From: an uncultured virus (IMG/VR IMGVR_UViG_3300025141_014349)
Taxonomy: Duplodnaviria > Heunggongvirae > Uroviricota > Caudoviricetes
DNA: 64,000 nucleotides
IMG/VR virus record: IMGVR_UViG_3300025141_014349
Direction: 5' to 3' (one strand)
In this document: positions 57,960-64,000 of the stretch, in pieces
Position numbering within the stretch: the first letter of the stretch is position 1
Layout of the letters: every line of letters starts with the position of its first letter
Notes under the pieces: generated by a model
Databases searched by the model: none
What the model saw: only the letters and a program-made list of their open reading frames with translations
What the model was told of the DNA's origin: nothing
Translations under genes and position numbers: made by a program

Positions 57960-58801
57960 TGAATGTGGTGGGCATAGGAAAGGCGGGGTGCCGCATCGCT
58001 GGATTGCTGGATGAGTACCCTCAGTACGATGTCTATAAGATAGATGTTGGTCTGAAGAAAGCAGACCGCGTTTTCCCCATAACAAAACGGTCCTCTCCAA
58101 GCGAATATGAGGAAAAATTTTCGAAGAGGATTTTTTCAGATCTAAAAAAAATAAAAGGCAATGTTCTTCTTATAGTGGGAGGTGGGGGATCCATCTCATC
58201 CTGTACTCTTAGAGTGATGGAGGCATTGCGCCACAATACGATGGAATTGGTGTACGTCAAACCTGACCCTTCTTTTCTTACTGAATCAGGCATTATTTTA
58301 GATAAAATTGTATTCAATGTATTGCAAGAATATGCGCGCTCAGGACTTTTGGAAAAACTCTACATTGTTTCTAATGGTGAGATCGAAAAGGTTATAGGGC
58401 AAATTCCTGTTTCTCGATATTATCAAAAGATAAATGAGATAATTTCTTCCACATTGCACATGATTAACGTATATAAGAACTCAACGCCCGCACTTTCCAA
58501 CATTAAAGAGATTAGTGGCATTTCTCGGATTTCTACCATAGGCATTGGGACTTTCGAGAAGATGCGAGATCAGATGTTTTATCCTATTGATTATGTGGGC
58601 GAAAAAGTTTATTATTTTGCTATCAACAAAAAGCAACTGGATAAGGATGAAGAATTATTACCTAAGATTAAAATAAGAATAAAGCAGGAGGACTCAACGA
58701 TTAGAACTAGTTTTGGGGTGTATCCCACCCCATATGATGAAAACTATATTTATATTTTAGCAAACACCAAAATCATACAAGGAGTAAATTATGATGAGTA
58801 A
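57956..58801 (+). CDS. Divergent tubulin/FtsZ-like protein
   Basis: VVGIGKAGCRIA N-terminal motif; degenerate VGGGGSISS signature loop; IVSN...INEII. Confidence 0.65.
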   Translation: MMNVVGIGKAGCRIAGLLDEYPQYDVYKIDVGLKKADRVFPITKRSSPSEYEEKFSKRIFSDLKKIKGNVLLIVGGGGSISSCTLRVMEALRHNTMELVYVKPDPSFLTESGIILDKIVFNVLQEYARSGLLEKLYIVSNGEIEKVIGQIPVSRYYQKINEIISSTLHMINVYKNSTPALSNIKEISGISRISTIGIGTFEKMRDQMFYPIDYVGEKVYYFAINKKQLDKDEELLPKIKIRIKQEDSTIRTSFGVYPTPYDENYIYILANTKIIQGVNYDE

Positions 58802-59075
58802 GATTTATACAGGAATGTTTCGTAAGAAAAATAATGATTTGAGGCATATGACTTTTGTTAAGTTAGATGATGTACCGCCACCCTTTTTGGAATCCAAGAT
58901 GAAAGGATCTGACGCAGATCGTAAAATGTCTAACGGCATGGAACTGGTATGGGATCTTGATCAGGATAACTTCCGCGTGTTCAATTGGGAATCCGTGGTT
59001 GGGCAGATTCGAGAGATTGAGATGAGCGAAGATGAAAAAAATAAGATTTTTGCGAATAAAGTCTTGACAGATTGA
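58791..59075 (+). CDS. Small SH3-fold (WYL-like) protein
   Basis: FRKKNNDLRHM...VWDLDQDNFRVFNW pattern. Confidence 0.55.
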   Translation: MMSKIYTGMFRKKNNDLRHMTFVKLDDVPPPFLESKMKGSDADRKMSNGMELVWDLDQDNFRVFNWESVVGQIREIEMSEDEKNKIFANKVLTD

Positions 59076-59092
59076 GTTGGGCGTGGTATGAT
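59064..59092 (+). promoter_or_regulatory. Sigma70-type promoter
   Basis: TTGACA-N17-TATGAT with extended TG, before AAGGAG and the SSB start. Confidence 0.75.
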
Positions 59093-59121
59093 GTCAGCAT
59101 CGTTTATAAAGGAGAAAATTA

Positions 59122-59856
59122 ATGGCGATTGATATGAAAAAAATGCAAAGTAAATTAAATAATCTTAAGGCACGGGGTGGTGGGAATTCTTTTTGGAAAC
59201 CTACCGATGGCGTGCAAACGATTCGCATTCTTCCGACTGAAGATGCTGATCCTTTTAAGAGCTTTTATTTCCATTACAACATTGGAAAAGAAAATGGATT
59301 TCTTTGTCCAAATAATAATTTTGGCGATGATTGCCCTGTTTGTAGTTTCGTGAAGAATCTTTACCGTGAAGGTGACGATGAATCTCGGAATATGGCACGG
59401 CAATTGAACGCTAAGAGTCGTTTCTTCTCGCCCGTCTTAGTACGTGGTGAGGAGAGCGAGGGTACCCGCGTTTGGGGATACAGCAAGACTGTGTATGAAA
59501 CTTTACTTAGTTTAGTGCTTAATCCTGAATACGGGGATATCACTGATCTGGAAACCGGCGTGGATCTAGATCTTCATTATGGTAAACCGCCGGGCGGTCA
59601 ATTCCCCGTCACTAAGTTGACCCCCCGCCGCCAGTCTAGTTCACTTTGTAAGGAACTAACTGACGACCGATGCAAGGAACTTTTAGACAGTATTCCTGAC
59701 TTTAGTACCTTGTTCGAAAGGAAGACCACAGCGGATGTACAGAAAATGTTAGATGAACATCTGGCAGGTGATAACCCCGAAGGTTTCTCACGGGAAACGC
59801 AGAAGTATACTTCAGATTCGGATAAGGTGGATCAAGCATTTAGCGATCTACTTTAG
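59122..59856 (+). CDS. Single-stranded DNA-binding protein (T4 gp32-like)
   Basis: FWKP...IRILP, FHY, CP...CPVC, YGDITDLETGVD; acidic C-terminus. Confidence 0.85.
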   Translation: MAIDMKKMQSKLNNLKARGGGNSFWKPTDGVQTIRILPTEDADPFKSFYFHYNIGKENGFLCPNNNFGDDCPVCSFVKNLYREGDDESRNMARQLNAKSRFFSPVLVRGEESEGTRVWGYSKTVYETLLSLVLNPEYGDITDLETGVDLDLHYGKPPGGQFPVTKLTPRRQSSSLCKELTDDRCKELLDSIPDFSTLFERKTTADVQKMLDEHLAGDNPEGFSRETQKYTSDSDKVDQAFSDLL

Positions 59857-59903
59857 GAACCCCTCCCACGGGGAGGCACAGGGTTATCAGGTGCCTCATT
59901 TTT

Positions 59904-59976
59904 GTCTCCATCGTCTAATGGTTTAGGACTCTGCCCTTTCACGGCAGAAATAGAGGTTCAAATCCTCTTGGAGGCA
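59904..59976 (+). tRNA. tRNA-Glu (TTC), CCA not encoded
   Basis: Acceptor GTCTCCA/TGGAGGC; anticodon arm CTGCC-CTTTCAC-GGCAG; T arm AGAGG-TTCAAAT-CCTCT. Confidence 0.92.
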
Positions 59977-60001
59977 TATTATTTACATGAAAGGGGATTC
60001 T

Positions 60002-61120
60002 ATGAAAAGACCTAAACCTAAGGCAGGTAAATTGAGCATTAGCGAAATGCGCAATTTGATCAACAAAAAGGCTGGCATGCCCGTAGCGCATGACCTTACT
60101 GCCGAGAACCCCACCGAAGTAAAAGATTGGATCCCTACGGGATCGACGTGGCTAAATGGCATTGTGTGCCGAGGAAGATCAGCGGGCATTCCTGTGGGGA
60201 AGTTGACCGAAATCGCGGGAATGGAGTCTAGTGGAAAGAGTTATATGGCGGCACAAATTGCATCTAACGCCCAGAAAATGGGAATTGATGTAATATATTT
60301 CGATGCGGAGTCCGCCATTGATCCATCTTTTCTTGAGCAAAGCGGTGTAGATTTAGCAAATATGTTATACTTGCAGGCGATCTCAGTAGAGTTTGTACTA
60401 GAAACTATAGAAGATCTCCTCAAAACGAACGACAATAAGATGTTGTTTGTTTGGGACTCTTTGGCACTTACCCCAGCGGTTAGCGATGTGGAAGGCACTT
60501 TTAATCCGAATGAGTCTGTGGCGGTTAAAGCGCGCGTACTGGCGAAAGGCATGTCTAAGTTGGTGGTCTCTTTGGCGAATGCTCAATCTACGCTCCTCGT
60601 GCTCAATCAGTTGAAAACGAACCTTCAGGTTCAGAATCCAAAGTATGCGACTGACAGCGAAAAGTATGTTTGCCCAGGCGGCAAGTCAATGGCATATGCA
60701 TATAGTTTGCGTATTTGGTTAACGGGAAGACGAGGCGCCAGCAGTTTTATTTTAGACGACAAAGGGTATCGAATTGGAAACGAAGTCAAGGCACGACTAG
60801 AGAAGTCCCGGTTTGGGACTGCGGGTCGTATATGTAATTTTAAGATCATGTGGGGAAGAGATATAGGTATCCGTGATGACGAGAGTCTCTTTGAAGCAAT
60901 CAAGAGTTCTGAGCATCTCAAAAACAGCGGACCTTGGTGGACCCTCGTTTATGCCGACGGGACGGAAGAGAAATTTCAGGTAAAAAAATGGATAGATTTC
61001 ATGCAGCGCCAAGAGTTTCGCGCGAGAGTGATGCAACTATTAGACGAAGAGGTTATTCTCAAGTTTGATAAGCGCCTGGTGGAAGCAGATCGATTTTATG
61101 AAGCGGAGGAAGAAGAGTGA
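60002..61120 (+). CDS. recA: RecA/UvsX-like recombinase
   Basis: IPTGS, EIAGMESSGKS, YFDAE, VWDS, LNQL, PGG; start is 60002 or 59987. Confidence 0.92.
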   Translation: MKRPKPKAGKLSISEMRNLINKKAGMPVAHDLTAENPTEVKDWIPTGSTWLNGIVCRGRSAGIPVGKLTEIAGMESSGKSYMAAQIASNAQKMGIDVIYFDAESAIDPSFLEQSGVDLANMLYLQAISVEFVLETIEDLLKTNDNKMLFVWDSLALTPAVSDVEGTFNPNESVAVKARVLAKGMSKLVVSLANAQSTLLVLNQLKTNLQVQNPKYATDSEKYVCPGGKSMAYAYSLRIWLTGRRGASSFILDDKGYRIGNEVKARLEKSRFGTAGRICNFKIMWGRDIGIRDDESLFEAIKSSEHLKNSGPWWTLVYADGTEEKFQVKKWIDFMQRQEFRARVMQLLDEEVILKFDKRLVEADRFYEAEEEE

Positions 61121-61608
61121 GTGGTACTACTTTTTTTCTATGTATGGTAGTGGTTCAAATGGACTATACTTACGACCAAGCAAAGACGGCGTGTGACTTG
61201 ATGCCCATTATCGAGCAGGAGTCCTATAATAACAATATAGACCCAGGATTAGTGGTATCTATTATCCACGTAGAGAGCGCGTGGCGCCCAAACGCTGTTA
61301 GTGCTAGGGGTGCGTGCGGATTGATGCAACTCGTCCCCACATCCCATCGTACGCCCTCTGGGAAGGTATATAGTTGTAGGCAGTTGAAAGATCCGGCGCT
61401 GAATATTCGCTTGGGAGTAGAGCACCTCAAGAAGTGGATAGATTTAGCGAACGGGGAAATGCCGCTAGCGCTGTGTGTCTATCATAGAGGACCTAAGTGT
61501 TTTGAAGATCCATCTTATCACTATATTGAAAAAGTAGTATCTGTGTATGGTCGGTTCATATCAGAGGTGGTCGCTCTAGGAGGATCTTATGAAGAAGGTG
61601 GCGGATGA
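61117..61608 (+). CDS. Lytic transglycosylase (SLT domain)
   Basis: IIHVESAWRPNAVSARGACGLMQL; NIRLG; ALCVY. Confidence 0.9.
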   Translation: MSGTTFFLCMVVVQMDYTYDQAKTACDLMPIIEQESYNNNIDPGLVVSIIHVESAWRPNAVSARGACGLMQLVPTSHRTPSGKVYSCRQLKDPALNIRLGVEHLKKWIDLANGEMPLALCVYHRGPKCFEDPSYHYIEKVVSVYGRFISEVVALGGSYEEGGG

Positions 61609-61780
61609 TTTTATAAAATCGCTTCGAGAAACTATCTCAATTGCTATTGAGGCGCACGAGTTGATGATTGCTGATGTATCAAAAGCATCTCAGAAGGTGA
61701 AGCGTCTCCAAAAGGAGAATCAGAAGTTGAAAGAAAAGCTGGCGGCACTGCAAAAGAGTGCGAAAGAGAAAGAAGAATAG
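61589..61780 (+). CDS. Small coiled-coil protein
   Basis: 63 aa; AGGAGG SD. Confidence 0.55.
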   Translation: MKKVADDFIKSLRETISIAIEAHELMIADVSKASQKVKRLQKENQKLKEKLAALQKSAKEKEE

Positions 61781-61781
61781 A

Positions 61782-62759
61782 ATGAAAAGATTGATGGTTA
61801 TTGACGGGAATAACGCTTTCATTAGACATTATATAGTCAACCCTTCCATCTCCACCAACGGGCAACCAATTGGTGGAATTGTTGGGTTTTTGCGTGGATT
61901 ACAAAAGTTGAGTCGCATGATCCGCCCGGATGGAATTGTGGTGGTGTGGGATGGTGCAGGTGGCAGCAAGAAAAGAAAGTCCATGGTGAAAACCTATAAA
62001 GAAGGAAGGAAACCAGTTAGACTCAATAGAAATATTAGAAATCTAGACGACAACGAGGAGGCAGAAAACGCCATGTGGCAACAGTTGAGGGTGGTAGAAT
62101 ATCTCAATGAAACGCCCGTAGTTCAGTTTGTCTTCCCTGAAGTAGAAGCGGATGATGTGATCGCGCAGACGTGCCTCCTGCCGGAATTTAAGGAGTGGCA
62201 GAAGGTGATAGTGTCGAGTGATAAAGATTTTATTCAATGTTGTGATTCCAACACCATTCTTTACCGGCCAATTCAAAATGAGATTCTGAATGAGCGTGAA
62301 ATAGTAGAGCAGTTTTCTATTCATCCCACCAACTTTGCGTTGGCACGAGCAATTGCAGGAGACAAATCAGATAACCTTCCGGGCGTTTCTGGTATAGGAT
62401 TGAGTACAATTGCCAAGCGACTTCCAATGATCCAAGAGGGGAACACTTTTCTGTTGAGCGATTTGGAGCATGAGTGTCACAAGAAGGTCGAGGAAGGCAC
62501 CAATCTGACGTTTTACGGTCGCGTCTTGGATAACCTGAAGTTGATTGGATTGAATTATAAGGTCATGCAGTTATATAGTCCTTCGATATCCATCCAGACA
62601 GCACAAGTCATCAGTTCAACATTTGAGTCCTATGACCCACAATTTAGACAAACAGAAATAATAAAGATGCTGTTTGCGGATGGGTTCCCTCAAGTTAATT
62701 TAGATGATATTTATGGTGTGTTTAAGAGAATCGTCCGCGAGAGCAAAGAAACTTCTTGA
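61782..62759 (+). CDS. 5'-3' exonuclease/flap endonuclease (T4 RNase H, PolI N-terminal-like)
   Basis: VIDGNN, VVWDG, YKEGR, EADDVIA, SSDKDF, GDKSDNLPGVSGIG. Confidence 0.92.
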   Translation: MKRLMVIDGNNAFIRHYIVNPSISTNGQPIGGIVGFLRGLQKLSRMIRPDGIVVVWDGAGGSKKRKSMVKTYKEGRKPVRLNRNIRNLDDNEEAENAMWQQLRVVEYLNETPVVQFVFPEVEADDVIAQTCLLPEFKEWQKVIVSSDKDFIQCCDSNTILYRPIQNEILNEREIVEQFSIHPTNFALARAIAGDKSDNLPGVSGIGLSTIAKRLPMIQEGNTFLLSDLEHECHKKVEEGTNLTFYGRVLDNLKLIGLNYKVMQLYSPSISIQTAQVISSTFESYDPQFRQTEIIKMLFADGFPQVNLDDIYGVFKRIVRESKETS

Positions 62760-62784
62760 CAAAAATACAAAATCGGGTTATGAT
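62756..62784 (+). promoter_or_regulatory. Sigma70-type promoter
   Basis: TTGACA-N17-TATGAT before the helicase. Confidence 0.7.
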
Positions 62785-62813
62785 CTATTAAGAATTAAAA
62801 GACGGGGAATAGT

Positions 62814-64000
62814 TTGATCGATGAAGAAAAAAAGACATTTGGTACGTTTGGGAAATCGTTCCAAGAAGCATTAGCAAAATTGATTTTGGAAGATTCCAAA
62901 TTTGCATCCCAAATCGGAGAAGTCTTGGATATAAATTTCTTCGAACTGAGATACCTTCAGAATTTTGTGAAGAAGGTGTACGCTTACAGAGAGGATTACA
63001 CTACTCACCCTAGTCGCGACACCTTTGAGAGTATGCTGAAGAGCGACTCTGGTGGCGCCCATGAAGCAGTAAGAAAACAGGTAAGAGATTTCTACGTTAG
63101 AGTGGTTTCCGGGCGTACCGGAGATGTGGATGAAGAATATGTAAAGACCAATTCGCTAGATTTCTGTAGGAAGCAGAAATTACAAGAAGCAATGCTGCAA
63201 AGTGTCAATCTTATGCAGAACTCTTCTTTCGATGAAATCAGTAAAATCATCAACGACGCGCTGAAGTTGGGTCTTAACACAGATTTTGGATATGATTTTA
63301 TTGAAGATTTCGAACAGCGCTATCAACTGGTTTCTCGACACCCCATTACTACCGGTTGGGCGGAAATAGATAAGATTTTACGAGGTGGATTGGGGAGCGG
63401 CGAGTTGGGCGTAGTGATTGCTCCCACCGGAGTGGGCAAAAGTATGGTATTGACCAGACTGGGCGCCAAAGCCATACAGGCCGGAGAGACCGTAGTTCAC
63501 TACACTTTGGAACTCCAAGATGTGAGTGTGGGAAATCGATACGATAGTTGTATTACGGGCATTCGTCTCAATGACTTATTTAATCAAAAGGATGAGATCT
63601 TAGAAGAGATTCGCGAGATTCCTGGCAGACTGTTGATTAAAGAATACCCTACAAAATCGGCCACGACGAAGACCATTCGCAATCATCTAGAGAAGCTTCA
63701 GCAGCGCGATATTGACATTGGAATGGTAATTGTTGACTATGGAGATATTTTAAAACCTATTTTTCATTCAAAAGAGAAAAGGGATAATCTCGAAACTATT
63801 TATGAAGAGTTGAGGGCAATTGCGCAAGAGTTCGAATGCCCTGTTTGGACGGCCTCCCAGACCAACAGGAGTGGAATAAACGCTGAAGTTATAACCATGG
63901 AATCTATAAGCGAAGCATATTCAAAATGCTTTGTAGCGGACTTTATTTTTTCAGTTTCGAGGACGGTTGCGGACAAAATGAACAACACCGGTAGAATTTT
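62814..64000 (+). CDS. DnaB/gp41-like replicative helicase, 3'-truncated and absent from the ORF track
   Basis: TTG start giving MIDEEKKTFGTFGKSFQ; GELGVVIAPTGVGKS, HYTLEL, IVDYGD, WTASQTNR. Confidence 0.9.
   Translation, partial: MIDEEKKTFGTFGKSFQEALAKLILEDSKFASQIGEVLDINFFELRYLQNFVKKVYAYREDYTTHPSRDTFESMLKSDSGGAHEAVRKQVRDFYVRVVSGRTGDVDEEYVKTNSLDFCRKQKLQEAMLQSVNLMQNSSFDEISKIINDALKLGLNTDFGYDFIEDFEQRYQLVSRHPITTGWAEIDKILRGGLGSGELGVVIAPTGVGKSMVLTRLGAKAIQAGETVVHYTLELQDVSVGNRYDSCITGIRLNDLFNQKDEILEEIREIPGRLLIKEYPTKSATTKTIRNHLEKLQQRDIDIGMVIVDYGDILKPIFHSKEKRDNLETIYEELRAIAQEFECPVWTASQTNRSGINAEVITMESISEAYSKCFVADFIFSVSRTVADKMNNTGRI

Noticed and set aside
1..64000. Stop-codon reassignment
   Set aside because: Core genes are intact under the standard code and TAA, TAG and TGA all end genes

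Overview
A 64 kb segment of a large myovirus-type tailed dsDNA phage with a T4-like head/neck/tail gene set, using the standard genetic code with almost all genes on the + strand. In order: large putative virion proteins; RuvC-like resolvase, primase and a fused Mre11-Rad50 (SbcD-SbcC); a putative lysis cassette; an Hc1-like histone mimic; large terminase and portal; gp21-like prohead protease; ribosomal protein bS21; a lone minus-strand J-domain gene; an 8 kb sugar/sulfate modification island (rmlC, APS kinase, rmlB, rmlD, sulfotransferase, three glycosyltransferases, methyltransferase) bracketed by two copies of a structured non-coding element; two paralogous fibre-like genes; nuclease; scaffold and major capsid; neck, sheath, tube, chaperone, tape measure and baseplate; then a replication block (minimal family A polymerase, tubulin/FtsZ-like protein, gp32-like SSB, tRNA-Glu, RecA, transglycosylase, 5'-3' exonuclease, partial DnaB-like helicase). 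Two promoter classes are visible: sigma70-type before replication genes and a recurring (A)CTA[T/C/A]TTA motif before structural genes. The best candidates for new biology are (i) a possible virion glycosylation system with a [ST]-[GAS]-[ST] sequon, (ii) the duplicated structured non-coding element around the island, (iii) a C-terminal module shared by the fibres and the neck protein, and (iv) a shared N-terminal capsid-targeting-like peptide. All calls come from motif recognition by eye; no searches were run.
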